DNA from: a virus
Virus record (IMG/VR): IMGVR_UViG_3300032163_000004
Location: 38,211 to 102,210 of that record
Reading direction: 5' to 3' (one strand)
Length of the DNA: 64,000 bases
A program made the position numbers and the translations under genes. Below are positions 1-10,049 of this stretch, piece by piece; positions within the stretch are counted from its first letter, which is position 1, and every line of letters starts with the position of its first letter. The notes below the pieces were generated by a model. The model saw only the letters and a list, made by a program, of their open reading frames with translations, did no database searches and was not told the DNA's origin.

Positions 1-3
1 AAT

Positions 4-23
4 TGGTTGTTCGACTTTCGACC
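4..23 (+). ncRNA. 3' arm of a truncated structured-RNA repeat unit (unit 0; 5' arm lies before the window)
   Basis: TGGTTGTTCGACTTTCGACC matches the 3' arm consensus GGTTAYYCGACTT of units 1-3. Confidence 0.6.
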
Positions 24-48
24 ATATTTATTAAAAATGGAGAAGGAA

Positions 49-213
49 ATGAGAAACCCTAAAATAGGAGATCGTTTCTATTCTGAAGTATATGATCTTA
101 ACGGAACTATTAAAGCAGTAAAAAATAGTTGGATTAGAATCCAATATGACGATTGGTCTCATGGTGATTTTTCTACTAACGAATTCTATAAACTTCATAT
201 ATCACTTGATTAG
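49..213 (+). CDS. small hypothetical protein lying between RNA repeat units
   Basis: ORF 7..213; likely start ATG 49 (or 37) after GGAGAAGGA. Confidence 0.55.
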   Translation: MRNPKIGDRFYSEVYDLNGTIKAVKNSWIRIQYDDWSHGDFSTNEFYKLHISLD

Positions 214-217
214 ATAA

Positions 218-286
218 GCCAGTCACTGAATAATCATACATGCTTCTATCCTAAAGGAAACAATAATGGTTATTCGACTTACTGGC
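218..286 (+). ncRNA. structured RNA repeat unit 1 (Y-RNA-like scaffold, small hairpin cargo)
   Basis: GCCAGT-CACT-GAATAATCA-TACATGC ... TGGTTATTC-GACTT-ACTGGC; arms are complementary. Confidence 0.7.
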
Positions 287-295
287 ATAAAATAA

Positions 296-370
296 TAGTC
301 AGTCACTGAGTAATCTTACATGCCTTTTAGGTAGGCTCCAAAACCGAAAGGTTACTCGACTTACTGACTA
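296..370 (+). ncRNA. structured RNA repeat unit 2 (cargo: GCCT/AGGC microhelix + TCCA)
   Basis: TAGTCAGT-CACT-GAGTAATC-TTACATGC ... GGTTACTC-GACTT-ACTGACTA; compensatory changes versus unit 1. Confidence 0.7.
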
Positions 371-377
371 AAAAAAT

Positions 378-507
378 TGGGTTAGTCACTGGATAATCAT
401 ACATGCTTTTTAGCTCAATTGGTTGAGCGTTAGTACTTAGAACTAAGGGTTGATGGTTCAACTCCATCAAAAGCAGCCAAAAATTGGTTATCCGACTTAC
501 TAACTCA
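378..507 (+). ncRNA. structured RNA repeat unit 3 (cargo: complete tRNA-like molecule)
   Basis: TGGGTTAGT-CACT-GGATAATCA-TACATGC ... TGGTTATCC-GACTT-ACTAACTCA. Confidence 0.72.
404..479 (+). tRNA. tRNA-like gene, nominal anticodon TTA (ochre-suppressor-like, non-canonical A32/C33), nested in unit 3
   Basis: Acceptor TGCTTTT/AAAAGCA, D arm GCTC/GAGC, anticodon stem TTAGT/ACTAA with loop ACTTAGA, T arm GATGG-TTCAACT-CCATC, G73 + CCA. Confidence 0.75.
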
Positions 508-604
508 TTTTTATTTTAGGATTCTGCATCCGTATAAACTCACGACTCCATTTGTGACCTTCTGCCTAATCAACGCTCAACGAGCATAAGCACCTCCATG
601 AGCT

Positions 605-653
605 AATAAAGGAACTAGATAACTCATAATTATTTAGTTCCTTTATTTTTTTG
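605..653 (+). terminator. intrinsic terminator closing the RNA array (possibly bidirectional)
   Basis: AATAAAGGAACTAGATAA / TTATTTAGTTCCTTTATT hairpin followed by T-run. Confidence 0.75.
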
Positions 654-669
654 TTGAACTAGCCCTTAT

Positions 670-682
670 TACATATATTAAT
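670..682 (+). promoter_or_regulatory. putative phage early promoter motif TACATATATTAAT (island 1)
   Basis: Exact 13-mer recurs at 11332, 14036 and 18812, always heading a plus-strand gene island. Confidence 0.7.
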
Positions 683-703
683 TAATAGAAAGGAGATGAA
701 ACT

Positions 704-1003
704 TTGATAAACAGAAAACGAATTGATTTCTTCAAAAAGAATTGGAAATTAGGAATTCACCTTATCTTGTATACTAGGAGATTTGGAGTAAATAACGAAT
801 GGTGGAACTATTTTTCATCAACAGTTTGGGGAAATCCTATCCATAAAATCTTGTGGGACATTATACGTATTTATCCTTTAGTTCGCAATTATAAAAGTAT
901 GAGATTTCGTGCAGGAGCCCTTCATTTCATGACAGATGAACAATATGAATTAGCATTTGGAAAGACTAAAGAATCAAGATTTAAACAGAGGAGGTTAATA
1001 TGA
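704..1003 (+). CDS. hypothetical protein
   Basis: ORF after AAAGGAG RBS. Confidence 0.6.
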   Translation: MINRKRIDFFKKNWKLGIHLILYTRRFGVNNEWWNYFSSTVWGNPIHKILWDIIRIYPLVRNYKSMRFRAGALHFMTDEQYELAFGKTKESRFKQRRLI

Positions 1004-1287
1004 ACGAAGCCGATAAGATCAGAAAGAAATATGCTGAAGTCGGAAAACTTTGTAGCGAAGACTTAGATGGGGAACTGGCAGAACTAAGGAGTAGTTGTGG
1101 CCACAACGAATCAATAAGTTATAGAGAAGCCTCGAGATACTGGGGAGGAGAGTTATATTTTACAGAAGAAGAAGTTGCAAATATTATAGAACCAAAAGAT
1201 ATACATACTGGAAAAAAGTATGAAGATTTACTACCAGTAAGAATATGTAAACGATGTGACAAGTTATTGTGGCCAAGTATGAACTAA
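1000..1287 (+). CDS. hypothetical protein
   Basis: GGAGG RBS, ATGA overlap with upstream gene. Confidence 0.65.
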   Translation: MNEADKIRKKYAEVGKLCSEDLDGELAELRSSCGHNESISYREASRYWGGELYFTEEEVANIIEPKDIHTGKKYEDLLPVRICKRCDKLLWPSMN

Positions 1288-1303
1288 GGAAGGAGAAGAA
1301 AAT

Positions 1304-1810
1304 ATGAAAACTGAAATGAGAAACAGATTAGCAGAAGTTCTTAAAGAACACAAAGAGATGGATGATTTTGCATCTAATCACTGGAGCAAGGTAGCCAATC
1401 TAGAAACAGAAAGACGACAGCTTTTATCACAGATAATAAAGGAAGAAAAGTTACTTAGTGAAGCTACCTTTTCTTTTAGAATAGATGTCTACATACATAA
1501 TAGAACTTGTGCCTTGGATGGACCAGTGTTGAGGGAAATGAAAGGATTGCAACAACTTTTAAAGGGTACACCTGAAGACAATAGTGATTATCTTAGTCTT
1601 GATTTAGGCGAGGGGCATTTAAGTGTTAATGACGGAGAAGTTCATATTTCTATCAATAAGCTAGAGGATTCTCAAAAGATCATTGATGATTGGGGCTTAA
1701 AGGTTGAATATAAAAACCTTGCGAAGCATAAAGAAAAGTTAGAAGAAGATTTAAAGGTAATAAACACTTTTATTAGAAAAATCACAAAGGAAGGAGGTTT
1801 TATAAAATGA
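1304..1810 (+). CDS. hypothetical protein
   Basis: 168 aa ORF with AAGGAG RBS. Confidence 0.7.
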   Translation: MKTEMRNRLAEVLKEHKEMDDFASNHWSKVANLETERRQLLSQIIKEEKLLSEATFSFRIDVYIHNRTCALDGPVLREMKGLQQLLKGTPEDNSDYLSLDLGEGHLSVNDGEVHISINKLEDSQKIIDDWGLKVEYKNLAKHKEKLEEDLKVINTFIRKITKEGGFIK

Positions 1811-2474
1811 AGTGTAATATTTGTGGTGAAGAAGCAGAAGACTATATTGACTCTAATGAATGTCTCCGTATAGATATTGGAGAGTTTGTTTGTAAAAAGT
1901 GTTGTGACGACTGTCCATTTGCTTACGGAATTTGTGACCACCACCTTCGTGTAATTAAAAAGAAATGGACTGGTCCTATGTCAAACTAATCCTTGAAAGA
2001 AAGGAGGTTAAAAATGCAACAAGGTAAAGTTATTATGTCTCTTAAAGAAGCTAACAAAATAGTATCTGAAGAATATCGGATTGGCAAGAGAAATGAGAAT
2101 GATCTTTACCCAGTATATAAAAGAGATACTTCTTCTCATATGATTGCTCTTATTAGGGGGGCTCATTGTGAAGAACGAATTGCATTTGCCAAAACATTAG
2201 AACAAGCTGTAGATATTACTAAAGGGATTGTAGAACAAGATCCATCTCAAAGAAAGGAGGTATGACAAAAGTGAAGCCAAAAATAAACAGATTAGAAAAT
2301 GATTTTGGAGGAGGATATTCTATTGATTCTATCACAATTGGAAAGAAAACATTTGAAATTTGGGAGTCAGTAGTTGGATGGGAGAATAGTATGAAAAATA
2401 TAGAGAGAGCGATAACAAAAGCCTATAACGAAGGATTCAAAGATGGTCAAAAACCTGAAAGAGAAAAGCGATAA
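1807..2474 (+). other. three small hypothetical ORFs (1807-1989 Cys-rich, 1993-2265, 2262-2474)
   Basis: Consecutive ORFs each with GGAGG RBS. Confidence 0.6.
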
Positions 2475-2507
2475 ATAAAACGCCATTTGCATTTGATGGA
2501 TAATATT

Positions 2508-2532
2508 GGAGGTCTTTGGACCTCTTTTTTTG
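2508..2532 (+). terminator. intrinsic terminator ending island 1
   Basis: GAGGTC-TTTG-GACCTC + T7. Confidence 0.75.
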
Positions 2533-2534
2533 TT

Positions 2535-2813
2535 TCAATTTCTATGATTTTTAGCCCATTCTTTAACTTTCCTAGATGCTCTATATGTATGCTTTCCTGG
2601 GTGTTTCTTTTTCCATTCAATATAAATTTTCATTTTATCAGAATTCATTAACCGTATAAAAGACATCTTAGCAAGTTCTTTATTAGTGAATAACATATGA
2701 ACTTGGTTTCCACAATCTGTACAACAATCGATTATCTCAACACCACCAAGACTTCTTGGAATTTTATGGTGTTTCATAGTTGCTTTATCAGTTAGACAAA
2801 ATCTACATTTCAT
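2535..2813 (-). CDS. small HNH endonuclease
   Basis: CxxC...HHKIPRSLGG...CxxC...H pattern. Confidence 0.75.
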   Translation of the reverse strand: MKCRFCLTDKATMKHHKIPRSLGGVEIIDCCTDCGNQVHMLFTNKELAKMSFIRLMNSDKMKIYIEWKKKHPGKHTYRASRKVKEWAKNHRN

Positions 2814-2830
2814 TTTTTTTGTCTCAACAT

Positions 2831-4003
2831 CTATAAATTTATCATCACTCCAGAATCTTCTTTAGAAATATCAAGAAGAAAATTACAAAGTTCATTTGTA
2901 TATAGAAATACTTTACAAGAAGATTCATTTTCCACACCTAAATGAACACATCCATTTCTACAATGGTCCGTTGGCTTATGAAGGAGTATATGACCACACC
3001 CTTTCATTTCACATTTATCATATCTTTCACATATTACCGTCATTCGCTTTTATCCTCTTTAAATTCTTTTACTTCCACTGTTACTATAAACGCAGGTTTA
3101 AAATCGATCATTGTAAGATTTATTGTCAACTCAGGCATTGAATCTTCTGGTCTATTCTTAAGTTTTGCTAAATCTTCCTCTTTAATTAAAGTTTGATTAA
3201 TAGGTCCTTGTTCTCTACATCTCCAACAATAATAGTATTTAAAACCTTTATCAAAAGGAACACCTTTCGAATCTATAATTAGTTTTGAAAGGTCAGCTGG
3301 AAATATTGGTTTATAACACATTGGACATAAATAATCAACTTCTCCAAAACAAGATAGACATATAGTCACTGCAGTATCCTCCTCTTTTCTCTATTTGAAC
3401 TACCTAAATCAAACTCAAAGCGAAATATTTTTCCTTTGGTTTCTGTTTTCTTTTTCCTGCGTTCATCTAATTTATCTTCTATAAGACATATTAAAATAGA
3501 TAATATAATAGGTGCTAGAACTATTGCACAAACAATTTCCCACTTTATTATCATCATTGATATTCTCCTATTTTATTCTATGATAAAAATCCTTTGACTT
3601 CGCTTCCTTTAATAGTTCTCTTTCCTTTGGATTTAAAAAACGTTCAATAATCTCTCCTGGTTTTGTCCTCTGTCTATAGTTCAATATTGTTATCCACAAA
3701 AGTTTATCAATAACGTCTGAGATTCTCATATATTACTTCCTTATTTTACCACTCACTCCAAAAGTAACACATCCAAAAAACAAAGAGTATAAAAAGGATA
3801 ATTTGAGTTCCTCCTAAAAACCAAAAACCCAATCCATAAATAGCAAACTTTTGCCAGAAACCTTCTGGATTCACAAGATACTTAAACAAGAAAAATATCA
3901 AACTGGGAATAATCATAATAACAAAAGATGTCAAACTAACTAAAATCCACATTATCAAATCTTTAAAAATTCTAGGTTGTATTTCCTTCGTAGTTAATTT
4001 CAT
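2831..4003 (-). other. run of small hypothetical ORFs (2831-3043, 3040-3369 Cys-rich, 3366-3557 and 3746-4003 membrane)
   Basis: Adjacent or overlapping co-oriented ORFs. Confidence 0.55.
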
Positions 4004-4009
4004 ATTCTT

Positions 4010-4993
4010 CTATTCTCCATTAGCATCAAATCCTATTTTATTACTATCGTACTCTACACTAGATCTCTTTATAGTTGTTATTTCTTTTAATCTAATTATT
4101 GATTCTTCAAAATTATTACCCAAACATTTAACTGATATAACTAGTTCACATAAAGAAGCAAAAGAGAATCCTTTTGTACGTTCCACCCACTTATCTAAAT
4201 CTTCTCCGTTCACTCCTAATTTATTCTTAAAATATACCATTCTTATCTTTTCATTAGGCATATCAATTTTTATCACTCTATCAAATCTTCTTGGTCTAGC
4301 TACAATCCTTTTATCTAGTCTCTCAGGATAATTAGTCGTAGCTATATTAATAACTTTGTCAACTTGGTTCTCTCCATCTAAAAGCATAAGAACATCAGAC
4401 TCACCCCAATTAGAAACGATAGCATCTATATCTTCAAAAACACAAACAATTCCTCTATCTGGTTCTACTTCTCTAAATATCTTTAAACCATCAGAAGCAA
4501 TTCTTGGACTACCTGAGCAAATAAAAACAATACCCTTTCTATTAATAACATTCTTTATAATTCGTTGAACTAAACAACTCTTTCCAGAACCTGCTGGACC
4601 ATAAAGAAGATATCCTCTTCTATGAAGAAATCCATATTTTTTAAATGGTTCTCCCATATTCCAAAATATGTCTACTTCTTTTTCTATATTGTCAGAAACA
4701 CTATCTGGAAAACTTATCAATTCATCAGTGTTTAGTGGATTTTCACAAATTAAAATCCCTATTGAACTATCTCTAAAAGTATAAACTCCAGACCTTAAAG
4801 TCTTAATTGTAAGAGAACTAGCTAAATATTTTCCAGAACTAACTATTGACCATTGATTTCTCTTTAGTTTATTCTCTTCTCTATATTCCTCTTTTGGTTG
4901 ACATTCTTCAATTCTTTCTTCACGCCCAGCTTTTCCTGTAACGGGTTTACCTTCACCACCTACACAAGTTCCAAATTCTTCTAACGCGTTCAT
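4010..4993 (-). CDS. AAA+ ATPase
   Basis: Walker A GPAGSGKS, Walker B VFEDID, ATTNYPERLD, RPRRFD; start reset to ATG 4993 with GGAG RBS. Confidence 0.9.
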   Translation of the reverse strand: MNALEEFGTCVGGEGKPVTGKAGREERIEECQPKEEYREENKLKRNQWSIVSSGKYLASSLTIKTLRSGVYTFRDSSIGILICENPLNTDELISFPDSVSDNIEKEVDIFWNMGEPFKKYGFLHRRGYLLYGPAGSGKSCLVQRIIKNVINRKGIVFICSGSPRIASDGLKIFREVEPDRGIVCVFEDIDAIVSNWGESDVLMLLDGENQVDKVINIATTNYPERLDKRIVARPRRFDRVIKIDMPNEKIRMVYFKNKLGVNGEDLDKWVERTKGFSFASLCELVISVKCLGNNFEESIIRLKEITTIKRSSVEYDSNKIGFDANGE

Positions 4994-5012
4994 ATTCCTC
5001 TCTCCTTTAAAT

Positions 5013-6747
5013 TTATTCTTTATAGTGAGGATTCGGTTCTCCACACCTTGGACAAAACTTATGAGGTCTCCATACATAATAATCCCCTTTTATAGGAATC
5101 ATAGGATAAAGTCGATGATGCGTATCAAACTGCTCACCCGTAGAGAATTTTCCCATAAACTTATGTCCCCATACAAAACAGATAAACCACTTAATCATTT
5201 CTCACTTCTCCTTTCTTTCTCTCCGGAACCACTTCAATATCTTCTCAATAAAATTCATAAGACTCATAAGACCACCTATTCCTGAACCAACTTTTAATCC
5301 TATACCAGCATAGTCAGGTTTAGATGAAACTTGAACTGCAGGAGGTTGTGTAGGTCGAATATCAGAAGGCTTTTTAGATTCTTCTTTCTTTTCTTTAAAC
5401 GATTTGGGTTGTTTATCTAAATATTCATATAGATGAGGTGATATCAATGTTGGTTGTTTTACCGCTTGTTTTACAGCTACATGTTCCACTTGGTATTTTA
5501 CAATCAAACCAAATAAACATAGTATAAAAACAGGTAACCAAAATTTAGTAGTTCTCCATTTCTTCATATCTTCTCCCATTCTTTACTTAAAATTTCTGCA
5601 AGATCTGGCAAGTTCCAATGGTGACAAACAATATCATCAACTCCACATCCAAATGGATTATCATCAATAATTTGCCAACTATCTATTATATTATCTCTCT
5701 CACCAAGCCATCCTATAAGACCTCCCTTTTCTTTAGGACTTACAGAATGAATAGATGTAAAACGTTTTTGACAAGCTTCAGCATGAGACTCAAAATAAGG
5801 TATCAAATGAACTTTATATACATTAGATTTTTCATCTGCACTTACTCTTAAAATAAGAGTTTTAATATACTTACCCTTCGTGAATGTAATTTTAGCATAA
5901 GGTTTAAACTTCTTTATTATGCTTGGAATAAGTACTTGATTAAACACTACTATTGCTCTTTCAATCAGGCAAGCAGCATAATGAAATCGATCTGATTCTC
6001 TATGACAATTACGAGACCGAAATTTTATAACAAGTTCCGAATGTCCAAAAGTGAAAGGAACACGAAACAAAAAAAGTCGAACATCTATTCCGATAAGATT
6101 TTTCAACCTAAACCAAGTTCTAGCTTCTAAACTATCAAACATTTTAGAATTCTCCATTCTTACTTACCAATCAGGGTCAACTTCATTTCCCCAAACTATA
6201 TAGTCTCCTTCTTTTCTATACCTATAAGGTATATTTAGTAACTTACAAATACTTTCAGTACTCTTTATATAATCAGGATCTTGACCTGTCATAACCCAAA
6301 TCATACCTCTTATCTGGTTCCCAATAGCTTCAATACGAAAAGAGTTAGTAGACTGACTCATTGCTTTAATTCTTTCCATTACAATAATACACTGTTCCCT
6401 ATTCCACTTGTCCATATGATAACCTCTTCTTTTCAGCAATGATAGTTCTTCTAGTTAAATTTTTTTTGTATCATTCAACTCCTTAATTACTTAACTATAA
6501 TATGAAGTGGATTCTTACAATTAGCCTTATGAACTATAGCTTTTCCCGCCCCAGTTACTATATACTCACAATCATCAATAACTATAACATGAGTAGAATA
6601 ACAAGTCCGAGGAGTCATATCCTTTGGTCTATAGTCCATTGACTTATATCCTTCAATATCTCCTTTCGTTTCAGACTCTTTGCATCCTCCTAAACATAAA
6701 AGTAACAGTACTAAAAACAACACTACGATTAAAACTTTCGCTTTCAT
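5013..6747 (-). other. hypothetical ORFs 5013-5198, 5202-5579 (membrane-anchored), 5564-6157, 6164-6439, 6487-6747 (lipoprotein-like, LGGC)
   Basis: Co-oriented ORFs with RBS; hydrophobic N-termini in two. Confidence 0.55.
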
Positions 6748-7036
6748 AAAAGTCTCCTTTCAGAATTCAAATGGAGGGGGCTGGGTTCTTCATCCCCTTA
6801 AGGCACGCCCCCAATGCCATTTATTATGACAACGCAACTGCTTTTCTTCCACATTTTCTTGTACCAGCCTTATCCAATCATTTATAAGATGAACAGTTCG
6901 TTAACAAGTTATCTCATTCATCATCTTTAGATTTACCTTTATAGTTTATTCTATTTGACAGTGATTACTTCTAGGAAAAGATAACGGTGGGAGAAACCCC
7001 ATACCAACATCTTACGATATCAGTATGGAGTCTTCC

Positions 7037-7435
7037 TTAAATTTTCTTAATTAGCTTCTCTATCTCAATTAGTCTATTAACCCATATAGCTATTTCTTGA
7101 TTTATTTTCTTCTTACATTTATCATCTTTACATTTAGTTCTAGCACTTCCTAGTCTTCTCATGCACTGTTTAATACCATCTTTTTTACAGTTATAATAAC
7201 AAAGATTATATTGCTTTTCTCCTCTCAATGATTCACATCGTCTCTTGCACTTTTCTCTAAACAAATTAAACAAAGAACGAACCCCTGCAATAAGTGCAGG
7301 AATACCAGCGCCAATACCAGCAACAACGCCTCCAACCATAATTCCAGTTTTTGCTTCTGGTGGTAAACTAGACCATAAATCCCCAATTTTTGATTCTATA
7401 ATCATATCAAGTTGCTTACTTAATTTATCATCCAC
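7037..7435 (-). CDS. hydrophobic-segment plus Cys-rich protein, paralog of 52597-53139
   Basis: Gly/Ala-rich hydrophobic helix then KCxxxC...CxxxCK...KC...KC...W pattern. Confidence 0.65.
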   Translation of the reverse strand: MDDKLSKQLDMIIESKIGDLWSSLPPEAKTGIMVGGVVAGIGAGIPALIAGVRSLFNLFREKCKRRCESLRGEKQYNLCYYNCKKDGIKQCMRRLGSARTKCKDDKCKKKINQEIAIWVNRLIEIEKLIKKI

Positions 7436-7514
7436 TTCAGCCTCCCTTAATATTTAACATACTAATCTTTTAATCTATTTTAAATTTGTTCTCTTTCAAC
7501 TAAATTTTTATTAT

Positions 7515-9629
7515 TTATCCTCCATAACCGAGAATAGCTTCCTCTTCACTAACTTCACCCCTTGCTAATTTAATAAATCCCTCTTCTGCCCATCTATAAG
7601 CCTTCCGAGCTTCTTCAGATAATTCAGGATTATCCCCAAACATTCTAGCACTAAAAGCCAAACCATAAGCTTCTCCTTTAATCATCCATACCTTTAAAAC
7701 TCTCATTTACCTTCCCTTTCAATCTAATATTAATTTCTCCATAATACCCAGACTCTTCCGAGTAACACCAATTTCCTAATTCAATAACAACAACTTTCCT
7801 ACCTAAACCTTTTAACTTAAGGAACTTCTTCTCACACACATCATAAAACTTAATCTTCATTTCCGTTACCTCCTTTCCTTCACAATAAACACTCATTATA
7901 AGCACTTATTACTTCATTAACTTCACAGTCACTCATCCCTATATAGTCACAAATAGATTCAATATCTATTCCAACAGAGTACATAAACATGATAGCATTA
8001 ATATATTCTGGGTCTAAACAAGTAGTTGCATTCATATTACTTTCCACAACAAAACAAATGTAACACTTTATCATAAATTCTCACAGCTCGTTCACGTACA
8101 GATTTATCCTTACTCTTCATTGCTTTCACCTTCATTGTTTTTATTGCATCAAACATTTGTAGTTTTGTCATTGGCCTTCTCCCTTCTGTATAATAATAGT
8201 TGTTAATATCTTTAATAGTATCTTCCACCCGATGTACACATCCAGTTTCATAACCCATTGATTCACCTTTTATTCCTTTCCGACTTCTCAATAATTAAAA
8301 CTCTTTGTCAATTTGAAATTTTATTATATATTCATGGACGAATTAAAGAGGTCTATTATCTTCGAATTTTGGATACAAATTAAGATTCGGGGTAGGTTGA
8401 ATATTATAACTCAACATGTTACCACCATTGACCTATTCCTATGGATATAGGTTCAGCTTCAATAATAATCCTTATTGCTTCTATGAACTCTGGAGGAGTT
8501 ACTTTCTCCCACCATGTTGGTCCATCTTCATTAAATTCAAGTTTTTCTGTATATCCACAATATTTACAGAATCTTTCATTCCGTCCAACATTTACATCAT
8601 ATGTATATAGAAAGCTTCCATTTTTGTCTATATGATTGCAATTAGGATTCATTATTTATACCTTTCTAGGTATTAGGTACTCCACCCACAATTTCTACAT
8701 CTGTAACATCCGAGTCTTTCATCCCAATATAGATACTTATCATCACACTCACATTTTTGCATTTCAAACTCCTTGTTCTATTGGTTCGGGTATGACTAGT
8801 AGAAATATACTCTCAACTATACTCTCAACTTGTTTTAGCTGTGCCTCGGTTATATACTCCATATCCCACTTATCTCGAAATTTCATAAACTTCTTTCTCT
8901 TATCAGTAAAGAAACGTATTTCCTTAATAGTATATGGATAAGTTCCATTGTACACTTCTATCCTTCCTCCCACATACTTCTGGTATTGAGGATTCATTAT
9001 ACATTCTTCTATAAAGGAAATATAAACTTTTTTCATGCTGCCTTCCAAACCTTCGACTAGTAGAAATATAAAAAACTTTGTCAAATTACAAAAAATTATT
9101 TATGTGTGTTCCGAGGTTAGTCCAAAAACAGATCACGGTGCTAAGATGTAATATTCGTTCTGGCGGTGTAAACCAGTAAGTAAAGGTTAGAGTGAACGCC
9201 TAACAGTCAGAGAGACTATCCTCTATACAAGGTATATAGATATACGCTCCAAGCAACCGCGAAGACTGCACACAAGTAGCCCAACCAGATAATCTTCCAC
9301 TTAAGAAAGGAGAATAGCGACAATACGATGAATCCTACATCTATCAAACAGAAGACAATAACAATAATAAGAAGCAAGAGTGCTAAACCACTCCAGTCAG
9401 AATGTCCTCTTTGGTTATTTAGAATATTCATAAGTCCTGCTTCATAACATGGATTCAACTCTCTTGTAGATTGACTTAACCCTGGAACAACCATGTCTAT
9501 TACCGTTTCATATTTAGGAATACGATGCATTTTTAAAACTTCTTCTTTAGTTTGGCCTTCTCTACGTAAAATTAGGCAACCACACTTAGGGCATAGAACT
9601 CTTTCAACAACTTTACTCAATTGATCCAT
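7515..9629 (-). other. run of small hypothetical ORFs (7515-7706, 7678-7905, 7880-8074 HTH-like, 8037-8291, 8419-8652, 8764-9084, 9216-9629)
   Basis: Dense co-oriented ORFs. Confidence 0.5.
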
Positions 9630-9635
9630 GTCACT

Positions 9636-10049
9636 CTATCCTTCCAAACCTCTAGTAGGCAAGAATCCATGCCTTAGGCCACATCCAACACACAGAGTCT
9701 TAAGCTGTCCATCTTTGTGAAATAACTCACCATTACCACCACATACCTCACATACATTCCTCGACTCTAACTGTGCTTCTTCTATTGCTTGTTTTATATT
9801 ACCAGTCATAATATTGGCATTGAAGGAAAGTGCTCCAAACCTCTCTCTAACTTGGATTGCTCTGAGCTCAGGTTCTTTTTCACTTCTTATTAATGCAGTG
9901 AGCTTTACCGACATCTTCCTAATGATTTCAAACCACCCGTCACCGCATGCAAACCCAAACATCGTAAGACTTTGATCTGTCATAGAATCTCTATCTAAAT
10001 ATAACTGAGGATTCTCTTCTAATAGAACGATTGTGTGTTCTTTATTCAC
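9636..10049 (-). CDS. conserved phage hypothetical protein (GDGW...QVxExFG...CExCG family)
   Basis: FGFACGDGW, QVRERFGAL, SRNVCEVCG motifs. Confidence 0.7.
   Translation of the reverse strand: MNKEHTIVLLEENPQLYLDRDSMTDQSLTMFGFACGDGWFEIIRKMSVKLTALIRSEKEPELRAIQVRERFGALSFNANIMTGNIKQAIEEAQLESRNVCEVCGGNGELFHKDGQLKTLCVGCGLRHGFLPTRGLEG

Noticed and set aside
218-507. CRISPR array or integron attC cassettes
   Set aside because: Repeats are two-armed, non-identical and covary; inserts vary from about 20 to 80 nt; no cas or integrase gene in the window; no RYYYAAC...GTTRRRY ends.
6748-7036. tmRNA
   Set aside because: A short frame ending AVALS** and a CCA end exist, but there is no T arm and the acceptor-like stem closes locally.
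9085-9215. Possible ncRNA in a GC-richer gap
   Set aside because: Only short hairpins; no convincing closing stem or motif.
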